A DNA stretch of 21,650 nt, taken from contig CALRDW010000015.1 in the NCBI GenBank assembly GCA_943355025.1, positions 1 through 21,650 of the forward strand. The letters are read 5' to 3'. The position numbers and the translations under genes were made by a program. Under the pieces are notes generated by a model. The model ran no database searches and was not told where the DNA came from. It saw nothing but the letters and a program-made list of their open reading frames with translations. Below, in pieces: positions 1-6,828 of the stretch (position 1 is the stretch's first letter; each line of letters begins with the position of its first letter). Source of the DNA: Candidatus Magasanikiibacteriota bacterium. Its GTDB lineage: Bacteria; Patescibacteriota; Patescibacteriia; Magasanikbacterales; 2-02-FULL-50-9b.

Positions 1-254
1 TGGCGTTGCTGGCGCGGTGGGGTGAATTAAACTTTAATTTTTCATTCTTTTTTAACTTTTATTTTTATTTTTACGGCGAAAAGTAACCTGCTGTGATGTA
101 GGCTGCCGTAAATTCCGACGCTAGAGCAGGGTGGAAATTGTAAATATAAATATATTTTTACACCACCGAAGCATGGGAGCATCTGTGGGAGCTGTGGAGC
201 ACTTATGGCTGTAGGGTAACTGTCGTATTTTATTTTGTCTCTCGGATTATTTAA

Positions 255-309
255 TGAAAATAAAAACCGTTTCTGCAGCAGACTCTTTGGAGAGTTCGAC
301 AGAAACGGT
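255..309 (-). terminator. Intrinsic terminator downstream of the 343..1347 gene
   Basis: 10-bp inverted repeat accgtttctg (266-275) / cagaaacggt (300-309) with a ~24-nt loop. On the minus strand it is followed by a T-run (plus-strand a-rich 255-266). It lies ~34 nt past the TAA at 343-345. Confidence 0.55.
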
Positions 310-342
310 TGTGTTCGCGCGTCCGGTGTGGCGCTTCAGGAT

Positions 343-1347
343 TTATTGAACTGCTACACGTGTGGTCTCCTCAAATTGCTGGATTACCCCGCTTCGCTGG
401 AGCACATACGGAATGACCTGTACTTTGCGCACGGTGACGTGTTTGTGTGCAAAGGCCTCGAGATCAGTCGCAATTGTTGCTGAATACTCGAGTTCTTCGT
501 GGCTAAAGACTTGAAATAATAGAATCGGTGACGTTCGGTTGCCGCGATCAGCAAGCGAATGGTCGACAACCTCGGCCGCGCGTTTAATATTCGCGATGTG
601 CTCGGCATTGCTCAGCAAGTCAGTGCGGTAGGTTAGGAAATCGCTTCCCACCCGCCATGGGCGAATATTCGAACCGCAGACAATTGTGCGCTCAGAGTGA
701 CGCTGAACCACAGATCCCGGCGACTGACGTTTGCGTCGGTAGCAGCTTGCGAGAAGCGCGAGATCATGGACGAGCTCGTCAGAGAGTTTGAGCGCTTTCG
801 CGCCACGCAGAAATCGCGCATTGCCATTTATTCCGCCGTCCGGCAGTGCGAAGTCCTCCAGACCAAACCACTCGAGTGTATCCGGACGCAGAATATCAAT
901 CGCCCCAGTAACAACATTGTACCGGCGAAGAAATCCCTGCACTGTATCGCCTGGGAATGCCAGTTTAATATTTTGCAGGAATTTGAGGCCAGCAGCAGTT
1001 GCCACCGCATCATTCTTCTCAAAGGCTGCGCATTCTGTGTGAATGCCAGGGAGGATCAGAAATCCTCGGCCGTTTTCCGCAGATGTTTTGATGGTGTTTT
1101 GTATCCGCAAAAGGTTGGCTTCGCCAGTATTTGGAATTCCGCCCGCAAGCGTGACATAACGTCCAGCATTATAAGGAAGAACACTTTCGGGGATCCGCCC
1201 ATCCATACAATCACTTTCTTGAATGCAATGTGTGGTGTTTGCAAGAAACAATTCGCACTCACTCGCCTCACCGATTCTTCGCTTTCGCGCAACTTCTGCG
1301 AGCGCTTCGAAGAGTTGAATCGTATTTTCAATGAAGTTCACTGACAT
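343..1347 (-). CDS. Hypothetical 334-aa protein with a beta-carbonic-anhydrase-like Cys-x-Asp-x-Arg ... His-x-x-Cys metal-site motif; paralog of 4450..5517
   Basis: Long ORF with ATG start at 1347 and its own promoter and terminator. C47-M-D49-G-R51-I-P-E-S and H103-T-E-C106 reproduce the beta-CA zinc-ligand pattern and spacing (CxDxR, 56 residues, HxxC). Compare E. coli Can C42/D44/R46/H98/C101 with RVPAE after the Arg. An Asn aligns with the RNxxN asparagine. The C-terminal ~200 aa is unassigned. Confidence 0.75.
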   Translation of the reverse strand: MSVNFIENTIQLFEALAEVARKRRIGEASECELFLANTTHCIQESDCMDGRIPESVLPYNAGRYVTLAGGIPNTGEANLLRIQNTIKTSAENGRGFLILPGIHTECAAFEKNDAVATAAGLKFLQNIKLAFPGDTVQGFLRRYNVVTGAIDILRPDTLEWFGLEDFALPDGGINGNARFLRGAKALKLSDELVHDLALLASCYRRKRQSPGSVVQRHSERTIVCGSNIRPWRVGSDFLTYRTDLLSNAEHIANIKRAAEVVDHSLADRGNRTSPILLFQVFSHEELEYSATIATDLEAFAHKHVTVRKVQVIPYVLQRSGVIQQFEETTRVAVQ

Positions 1348-1383
1348 GTGTGCCGCCGTTGGTTGTTCGTGTTCGGTAAGGTA

Positions 1384-1404
1384 GGGCCCTGACTTTCAGG
1401 GCCC
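1384..1404. promoter_or_regulatory. GC-rich stem-loop at the 5' end of the 343..1347 transcript; also a T-tailed hairpin when read on the plus strand
   Basis: gggccctga (1384-1392) / tcagggccc (1396-1404), a perfect 9-bp stem with a 3-nt loop. It sits a few nt downstream of the predicted minus-strand -10. On the plus strand it is followed by tttattg. Confidence 0.4.
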
Positions 1405-1407
1405 TTT

Positions 1408-1435
1408 ATTGTACCTGTTTATTTAAAAAAGTCAA
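1408..1435 (-). promoter_or_regulatory. Sigma70-like promoter for the 343..1347 gene (TTGACT-16-TACAAT)
   Basis: Minus-strand -35 TTGACT = plus agtcaa 1430-1435; 16-nt spacer; -10 TACAAT = plus attgta 1408-1413. Predicted 5' UTR ~60 nt. Confidence 0.5.
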
Positions 1436-1448
1436 GCTAGGGCAGTAT

Positions 1449-1494
1449 AAAAAAGAAAAAGCCCACGTTCAGAATTTGAGGTTCTGAACGTGGG
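1449..1494 (-). terminator. Intrinsic terminator of the NfeD-flotillin operon
   Basis: 13-bp perfect stem cccacgttcagaa (1462-1474) / ttctgaacgtggg (1482-1494) with a 7-nt loop. Followed on the minus strand by a T-run (plus-strand aaaaaagaaaaa 1449-1460). Lies 58 nt past the stop at 1552-1554. Confidence 0.75.
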
Positions 1495-1551
1495 CTTCAC
1501 GGTGTTCTGGTTAGAACCCGTGATGGGCCTGGGGCCGAGACTGATGCTACC

Positions 1552-3471
1552 CTAGACAGATGCGCTGTTGCCTTTGCTGGCCTTTGCTTCTGCCGGGGCA
1601 GCGGTCGCACTTTCGCGTCCGTGCGTAGCAGGCGCATCACCCGACTTTTTGACGCCGACGTGTTCCGCAACTGCACTGACGAGGTCGCCCATTTTTTGCA
1701 GGCTCTGTTCGATCGCATTGGTCGTTTTCGGCCCAGCTGAGCCCAGGAAACCTTCAATCATGCGAGCGCTTGATGTGCCCTGCATGAACGAGTCCTGGAT
1801 TTTTGCGAGGTCGCTCGGCGAGCCGATGAGCGTTGCTGTGACTTTCTCGAACAAATGAACCGAGGCCTGAGCTGTCGCGATCCGCACATCAGCCTCGCGG
1901 TTGATGTGGAGCTGCGCGATCACAAACTCTTGCGCAGCTTTACCATTTTTATCACGAGCTTCGAGCTCGGGAATCAAAACGTCGGTAACGCGGGACTGGT
2001 CAACTTTGACCTGCTCCGCCTGAACTTGAATCGGCACGAGAGCCAATGCTTTTTCGCCTTCCGCCTTTTTAACGTTGGCATTCGACTCAGCGTCAGCTTT
2101 CTTTTCGACCGCAATGGCGTCAGCCGTCGCCTTCGTTGTGATGGCTGATGCTTCTGCTTCTGCCGCCTTCTTTTTCGCGTCGGCCTCAGCGTTCAGCTTG
2201 TAGGCCGCGCCATCCGCCGCACGCTGCGTGGAGACGTAGGCTGTTTCAGCTGTTGCTTGCGCCGTAATGACCTGCTTTTGCTTGTCACGTTCGGCCGTGG
2301 CCACAATCCCGACAGTGATCACTGCCTGGTTTGCTGTTTCGCGCTCAGCTTCCGCCAAAGCGCGTGCTGTTTCAGCATTAACACGGACCGTTTCCGCAGT
2401 GGCAACCGCTGCCTGACGCTCCCGTTCAGCAACTTCGACGCTCTGATCAGCAACCGTAAGCGCGCGCTTCTTTTCTTTTTCCGCAACTTCCGTTGCCTGC
2501 GAGCGAACTTGCTCGGCAACGTCGAGCTGCTGCTGCTTGTTTACTTCCGCCAGCTGAACAGTTCGTTCAGAATCAATGCGTGCCGTTCCAGCCGCCTGGT
2601 TCTGTTCTGCGTTGACCTGAGCAATTTTTGATTTCTGATTTGCTTCGGCAACAGCTTGCTGCTGCTCGAGCGCCAGAATATCTTGGCGGGTTTTCACGTC
2701 CTGAGTTTTACGTGCCAGCTCACCTTCGCGTTCTCTTTGATTTTGGATCGTCTGGGCCGCCTGGGTGACTTCGGCAATCGTCTGCAATCCTTGCGCATCG
2801 AAGATGTTGTCCCTGCGGAGATTTTTCGGATCCGTTTGATCGAGTTTTGAGATCGTCGCTGTTTCAAGCGTCAATCCGTTGTGGGCAAGATCTCCTTCGA
2901 TCATCAGTGTGACTTGCTTGATGAACTCATCACGCTGGGTGTTGAGCTCTTCAAGTGTCTTCGTCGCTGCCACATTGCGCAGCGCCGACACCAATTTGTC
3001 TTCGACAAGCGATGTCACAAATGCGTCGTTGTTCATTTGATCACCAAATGAACGCGCGGCGCTTTTGATGCTTTCTTCGACAGGCGGAACCCGAACGAAG
3101 AACTCTGCTTTGATGTCAGCCCGCAGCTTGTCTTTCGTAATGAGAGCATCAACGCCCTCACGTTTAACCTCGAGCCGTTTCGAGCCGAGTTGTACCGTGA
3201 CAATTTGATGAATGACAGGGAACACAATTGCGCCGCCGTCTTGAACAACTTTTATACCACCCATGCCCGTGCGGACAAATGCCTCATTGGCTTTCGTCTT
3301 TACGTACAGTTTGGTGATAATAAGTAGGAGCGCTGAAACGAGCGTCAGCACAATGCCGACGACGATCAGGATGGAGGTTGGGAGGCTCCCGATTGGGTGC
3401 CCCATAATGCTCGCGGCGATTGGCCCCGCGATAAACGCAATTCCGAGAAACATGAGTAGGCCGAGTGGCAT
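1552..3471 (-). CDS. Flotillin-like SPFH/band-7 family protein (YqiK/FloT type), 639 aa
   Basis: N-terminal TM helix, then an SPFH core (GGIKVVQDGGAIVFPVIHQIVTVQL...). About 300 aa of Ala/Glu/Gln-rich coiled-coil (EA repeats) follow. GGAG Shine-Dalgarno ~8 nt upstream of the ATG at 3471. Immediately preceded by an NfeD-like gene, as in yqiJ-yqiK and yuaF-floT operons. Confidence 0.9.
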   Translation of the reverse strand: MPLGLLMFLGIAFIAGPIAASIMGHPIGSLPTSILIVVGIVLTLVSALLLIITKLYVKTKANEAFVRTGMGGIKVVQDGGAIVFPVIHQIVTVQLGSKRLEVKREGVDALITKDKLRADIKAEFFVRVPPVEESIKSAARSFGDQMNNDAFVTSLVEDKLVSALRNVAATKTLEELNTQRDEFIKQVTLMIEGDLAHNGLTLETATISKLDQTDPKNLRRDNIFDAQGLQTIAEVTQAAQTIQNQREREGELARKTQDVKTRQDILALEQQQAVAEANQKSKIAQVNAEQNQAAGTARIDSERTVQLAEVNKQQQLDVAEQVRSQATEVAEKEKKRALTVADQSVEVAERERQAAVATAETVRVNAETARALAEAERETANQAVITVGIVATAERDKQKQVITAQATAETAYVSTQRAADGAAYKLNAEADAKKKAAEAEASAITTKATADAIAVEKKADAESNANVKKAEGEKALALVPIQVQAEQVKVDQSRVTDVLIPELEARDKNGKAAQEFVIAQLHINREADVRIATAQASVHLFEKVTATLIGSPSDLAKIQDSFMQGTSSARMIEGFLGSAGPKTTNAIEQSLQKMGDLVSAVAEHVGVKKSGDAPATHGRESATAAPAEAKASKGNSASV

Positions 3472-3552
3472 TGGATTCTCCAGTGTGCTGCATTTTTACC
3501 TGCAGCGGTGAAAACTTACAAACAGGCTTGTCGATTACTACTGTTCATCGAC

Positions 3553-4281
3553 TCAGCGGGAAGACAGCGTCGACGGAACATCCGCTGACACTGTATAGAT
3601 TCGCCGAAGCGAATCGTAACTTTGGATGAGAATAGGGCTGCCTTTTGTGAGCGCTCCATTCGTCGTTTTGCATCCAATTTGTTGTAGGTCACCACGCAAA
3701 TCGCGGACCTGCGCCTGACCGTAATTTTCATCAACACTAAGCGTCACAATGCCGCAGCAGCCGACCAGTTGATCGGCGGTAAGTGCGTAGGTTTCTGTTG
3801 TCGGCAAAATCCGGGCAACAAAGCCTGCGATCAACCGATGGATCAGAAGCGAAAGAGCTCCAGCGCCAACCAGCGAAATCCATACGCCGACTTCAATTGA
3901 CATGCCGCTTTCCGTCAGCACTTTGTTGCCGCAGTAACCTGCGGCGCCAAACACCAACATGAGCAGCATGAGCGAAACGGTAATTGGCACTTTGCCAATA
4001 CCGAGAATGACCAGCAATCCTCGAGGCAACGAGGTCCGAGCGCCACGCACTTGCGGAGCGAGATCGGGCCGCAGGTGCTTCAATTGATTGTGATCATCAT
4101 CATGATCATGGTCGTGGTGCGCATCATGGCCACCCAACGAGTGACCGAGGCCGCTATCATGACCGATGTCATGTCCAGCGCTGTCGTGCCCACCACCCGC
4201 GGCAACTCCAAGTGCCAGGACAATTCCCAGCAGAAGTGGAATTTCGAACACGAGATTTTGCCAGAGTAACACGGTGTCCAT
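3553..4281 (-). CDS. NfeD-like membrane protein (YqiJ/DUF1449-type flotillin partner) with a His/Asp-rich loop, 242 aa
   Basis: TM helix, then a 33-residue His/Asp/Gly-rich segment (GHDSAGHDIGHDSGLGHSLGGHDAHHDHDHDDDH). Three more TM helices follow, then a C-terminal ~70-aa Gly/Val-patterned segment typical of the NfeD OB-fold beta-barrel. GGAG Shine-Dalgarno 8 nt upstream of the ATG at 4281. An 81-nt gap separates it from the flotillin gene. Confidence 0.8.
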   Translation of the reverse strand: MDTVLLWQNLVFEIPLLLGIVLALGVAAGGGHDSAGHDIGHDSGLGHSLGGHDAHHDHDHDDDHNQLKHLRPDLAPQVRGARTSLPRGLLVILGIGKVPITVSLMLLMLVFGAAGYCGNKVLTESGMSIEVGVWISLVGAGALSLLIHRLIAGFVARILPTTETYALTADQLVGCCGIVTLSVDENYGQAQVRDLRGDLQQIGCKTTNGALTKGSPILIQSYDSLRRIYTVSADVPSTLSSR

Positions 4282-4349
4282 TTGATATCTCCGTTGAGTT
4301 GTGAAGGTTCTGGAAAGCGCTCAGACGGATACTCCGATAAGCGCACTAA

Positions 4350-4378
4350 TTTGTATCAGAATTCGGCTTGGTTGTCAA
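4350..4378 (-). promoter_or_regulatory. Candidate promoter of the NfeD-flotillin operon (TTGACA-17-TACAAA)
   Basis: Minus-strand -35 TTGACA = plus tgtcaa 4373-4378; 17-nt spacer; weak -10 TACAAA = plus tttgta 4350-4355. Sits directly downstream of the terminator of the 4450..5517 gene. Confidence 0.4.
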
Positions 4379-4381
4379 GAT

Positions 4382-4467
4382 AAAAAAAGAGCCGCCCTAC
4401 CCATGTGCCAGTGCGGCAAACGGGTGAGGCGGCGAGCTTCTCGCGTGGGTTATCGCGCGAGAAGCTC
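4382..4467 (-). terminator. Composite 3' structure and terminator of the 4450..5517 gene
   Basis: A perfect 12-bp inverted repeat gagcttctcgcg (4434-4445) / cgcgagaagctc (4456-4467) has the TAA stop (4450-4452) in its loop. A second imperfect hairpin gccgccctaccc (4391-4402) / gggtgaggcggc (4422-4433) is followed on the minus strand by a T7 run (plus a-run 4382-4388). Confidence 0.5.
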
Positions 4468-5517
4468 AACGGTGTAATCGCTGTCAACAATTGCAGGAAC
4501 GAAGTCGAGTCTGTCGAATACGTCAGGAGCGCAAAGATGAGCAACATCGCGCATGGTTTGCACGATATTTCGAGCGGAAATCTCTGCGAGGCCGCGCATG
4601 TCTGTATCGTCGAACGGAACTTGAGGAAGCAACAGCGCTCTGCTAGATCTGGTTGGATCTTGGAGAAGATTTTGCCGCAATACTCCAATGCCAACGCGCG
4701 CTGATTCCGCGATTCCACCAAAACGGTGGTCGACAACTAGGGCGAGCGTTGTCAAATCTGCTCCGCCAACGCGACCGCCCATGACAAATATGCGTTCGCA
4801 GTGTTCGCGGGCAAGATGCGCTGCGATTTCGGACTGGAGAAACCATCGGTGTCCCTCCGCGAGCACCAACAGATCCTCGACAACACCGCCATTCATTTTC
4901 GCGAATGCGCGACATATGTCAGCTTCTGTTAAGTGCGCAAGAGAGATCCACTGGTTTTCCTGTGCTGAAAATACGTAGACTTTTCCGTCGTCCGTATCAT
5001 ATTTTGCAAGCACGGGAGTGATGCGCAGCGTGTGCGGCAGGCATTCGATATTTCGCACGAACTCCATGGCTGAATTGAACGCAGCGGTTTTGTCGCAATT
5101 ATGAAATGCACAACCAAGGTCGCGATCATTTCCCGATTCGTGGAGCATAACAGGGAGTAGGAGTCCTTGTTTTTTGCTCGTTTGTTGTGCGCGACGTGCG
5201 CGGCCAATCAAATCATCCTGGAATGTACTGAGACCGAATAACGGCGGGACACTTCCGAAGAAACGGTAGGGTTGATAACTACCCAAGGGTAGTCCCAAAC
5301 ATTTTCCGCTGAGCATTCTCCCATCGCCACAGCGTGTTACTGCTATGGAATTATTAAGCCTGTGTAGTGTAGCTACTCTGCGTGCCTCTTCTGCGAAAAA
5401 CTGATCTTGTGTGTGACGCGTGATGCCTAAGTAGTAGGCCCGTAAATCCTCCGGAAGTTGGTGGCGATGTGCCAGCGCTGGGGAAATAGTTCGTCCGATT
5501 CCCGCGGCCAAATTCAT
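4450..5517 (-). CDS. Hypothetical 355-aa protein, divergent paralog of 343..1347 with CGDGR ... H ... C motif
   Basis: The ATG at 5517 has a GAGGAG Shine-Dalgarno 7 nt upstream. The TTG at 5589 listed in the ORF track lies upstream of the predicted promoter and TSS. The protein shares C-G-D-G-R, GLLLPVMLHE and CAF blocks with the 343..1347 product (CMDGR, GFLILPGIHTE, CAAF). It carries a ~7-residue insertion between the His and the second Cys. Confidence 0.7.
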   Translation of the reverse strand: MNLAAGIGRTISPALAHRHQLPEDLRAYYLGITRHTQDQFFAEEARRVATLHRLNNSIAVTRCGDGRMLSGKCLGLPLGSYQPYRFFGSVPPLFGLSTFQDDLIGRARRAQQTSKKQGLLLPVMLHESGNDRDLGCAFHNCDKTAAFNSAMEFVRNIECLPHTLRITPVLAKYDTDDGKVYVFSAQENQWISLAHLTEADICRAFAKMNGGVVEDLLVLAEGHRWFLQSEIAAHLAREHCERIFVMGGRVGGADLTTLALVVDHRFGGIAESARVGIGVLRQNLLQDPTRSSRALLLPQVPFDDTDMRGLAEISARNIVQTMRDVAHLCAPDVFDRLDFVPAIVDSDYTVELLAR

Positions 5518-5592
5518 TGAGACACTCCTCGAAATGTGTTGGAGGTTTATAGACAAAGCCGAACGAAAAAGTTTTTCGGGCGGCAACAACTC

Positions 5593-5620
5593 ATGCTACT
5601 CCAGCCACGCGAGGCGTCAA
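5593..5620 (-). promoter_or_regulatory. Sigma70-like promoter of the 4450..5517 gene (TTGACG-16-TAGCAT)
   Basis: Minus-strand -35 TTGACG = plus cgtcaa 5615-5620; 16-nt spacer; -10 TAGCAT = plus atgcta 5593-5598. Predicted leader ~68 nt ends in the GAGGAG Shine-Dalgarno. Confidence 0.45.
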
Positions 5621-5653
5621 GGGTATGTAAATAAATCGCTTTACATGTTTTCT

Positions 5654-5662
5654 TGTGGATAA
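5654..5662. promoter_or_regulatory. Perfect DnaA-box 9-mer TGTGGATAA
   Basis: Exact match to the reverse complement of the TTATCCACA consensus. Located between the promoter of the 4450..5517 gene and the terminator of the TPR-like gene. Confidence 0.3.
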
Positions 5663-5670
5663 GTTTTTTT

Positions 5671-5728
5671 AAAAAAAAGAAGCCGCTGACAGATACCTCA
5701 TATGTTAAGTATGAAGACTGTCAGCGGC
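5671..5728 (-). terminator. Intrinsic terminator of the TPR-like gene 5735..6580
   Basis: 11-bp perfect stem gccgctgacag (5682-5692) / ctgtcagcggc (5718-5728) with a 25-nt loop. Followed on the minus strand by T8 (plus aaaaaaaaga 5671-5680). Confidence 0.6.
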
Positions 5729-5734
5729 GACTGG

Positions 5735-6580
5735 TTAGAAAGATCCTGAGAAGACGATGCCGGTGTAGCCAGGGGTCGCGGTTGGCGCAAGGCGGAAGTT
5801 TGTCTGCTGCTGCTTGCTTGCTGTTGGCGGTTTTGCTTGCGAGGGTGGGCCCAAATAATCCCACACGCCCCACGCACCAATGCCGACTGCTGCCACTGCG
5901 AGTCCGATTGAAACAAACTGCTCTGTGCGCGCAGAGCGAACAAGTCCGTCGTACCGATCCTTATCGGCTTGCACAACTACGGCCGTCCCGAGCGCGTCGC
6001 TTGCCGTGCCTCGTGCGACAATGTATGTCGTCAGTGATGCAACCCCGAGCACAGTTGCTGCGCCGAATTTCACAAGTGGAAGCTCAGGGGCGGCTGCTGG
6101 CGGATCAGATTCGCGCACTGTTGCGGTTGGCGCATGACTGAGATCAATCAATTTTTGTCGCGCAGTCGCTTCTGCAAGTTCAACCGCGGCGACGCGAGCT
6201 TTGAGCGCGGTGTAGCGCGCGGCAGCATCGAGCTTCATGTCGTCGGCAGCGCCCATGAAATTTTTGACGCGGTCGTAGATTTCAATCGCGCGCCAGAGAT
6301 TACCAAGCGCCTCATAGGCTCGCCCCGCGTTGTAGAGCATGGCCGGCTTGCCGGTCAGTTCAAACAGATGCAGATAGGCCCACGCTGCTTTTTCAAAGAG
6401 CTTCGCGTCGAAATCTTCTTTTGCTTGGGCTGCTTCTTTTTCGTATTGGTTTACAATGCTCGGCGCTGCTGCTGCGGGGGCTGATGTTTTACGACCCGCC
6501 GCCGAAGCGTTCGTTGGTGCCAGCGTGATGCTTGCCGCCGCATAACAGACAAGTGCTGTGCACAATGGCTTGTACCGCAT
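5735..6580 (-). CDS. Secreted or membrane-anchored TPR-like hypothetical protein (281 aa from ATG 6580)
   Basis: The ATG at 6580 is preceded by a GGAGG Shine-Dalgarno (plus cctcc 6585-6589). The N-terminus MRYKPLCTALVCYAAASITLAPTNASAAG looks like a signal peptide with AXA-type cleavage. A helical TPR-like segment (AAWAYLHLFELTGKPAMLYNAGRAYEALGNLWRAIEIY) follows. There are two C-terminal hydrophobic helices. The upstream in-frame ATG at 6619 has no Shine-Dalgarno. Confidence 0.7.
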   Translation of the reverse strand: MRYKPLCTALVCYAAASITLAPTNASAAGRKTSAPAAAAPSIVNQYEKEAAQAKEDFDAKLFEKAAWAYLHLFELTGKPAMLYNAGRAYEALGNLWRAIEIYDRVKNFMGAADDMKLDAAARYTALKARVAAVELAEATARQKLIDLSHAPTATVRESDPPAAAPELPLVKFGAATVLGVASLTTYIVARGTASDALGTAVVVQADKDRYDGLVRSARTEQFVSIGLAVAAVGIGAWGVWDYLGPPSQAKPPTASKQQQTNFRLAPTATPGYTGIVFSGSF

Positions 6581-6689
6581 GATTCCTCCAGTATTCTGTG
6601 GAGCCCGAAAGTGGGTCATCAGAATAAATCACGGTAACACAAAACCGCGAGTTTGGCAAGGCCAGAGGGAGTCGAGCCCCAGGCCTCCG

Positions 6690-6718
6690 TTGACACAAAA
6701 AAAGAGCTCTGGTACTAT
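6690..6718 (+). promoter_or_regulatory. Sigma70-like promoter of rpsB-tsf (TTGACA-17-TACTAT)
   Basis: TTGACA 6690-6695; 17-nt spacer; TACTAT 6713-6718. Gives a ~105-nt structured leader before the rpsB ATG at 6829. Confidence 0.6.
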
Positions 6719-6828
6719 GCACACATTATTCATCCAAATCACCCGGCTGTTTTTAATACATCCACGCGCGACCTGCCAGGGAAACCTGGTCCGCGCAGTG
6801 AGGCCGGCGTAGTTAAAAGGTTACAATT

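Noticed and set aside
235-483. 82-aa plus-strand ORF at the 3' end of the first gene
   Set aside because: It spans the minus-strand terminator hairpin and overlaps the 343..1347 C-terminus antisense. No start signals.
697-1344. 215-aa plus-strand ORF, and smaller ORFs 788..1042, 828..1022 and 1056..1331, inside the 343..1347 gene
   Set aside because: They are fully antisense or overlapping the longer minus-strand gene, which has its own promoter, terminator and paralog support. No start signals.
1568-3248. Multiple 60-124-aa ORFs on either strand inside the flotillin gene (1568..1858, 1855..2148, 2257..2631, 2319..2519, 2656..2850, 3033..3248)
   Set aside because: They are embedded in a 639-aa gene with clear SPFH and coiled-coil features. 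The Ala/Glu-rich repeat coding sequence generates spurious open frames.
343-5517. Identity of the CxDGR proteins as DabA (DUF2309) subunits of a DAB CO2-uptake complex
   Set aside because: DabA proteins are ~800-1000 aa with very different ligand spacing. No DabB (NADH dehydrogenase subunit-like) gene is present. The 56-residue Cys-His spacing fits classical beta-CA instead.
4450-5589. TTG start at 5589 for the 4450..5517 gene (379-aa version)
   Set aside because: The TTG lies upstream of the predicted -10 and TSS. The in-frame ATG at 5517 has a GAGGAG Shine-Dalgarno at ideal spacing.
5653-6141. 162-aa plus-strand ORF overlapping the terminator and the TPR-like gene
   Set aside because: Antisense to a gene with Shine-Dalgarno, signal peptide and terminator. 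Arg-rich junk translation of GC-rich antisense.
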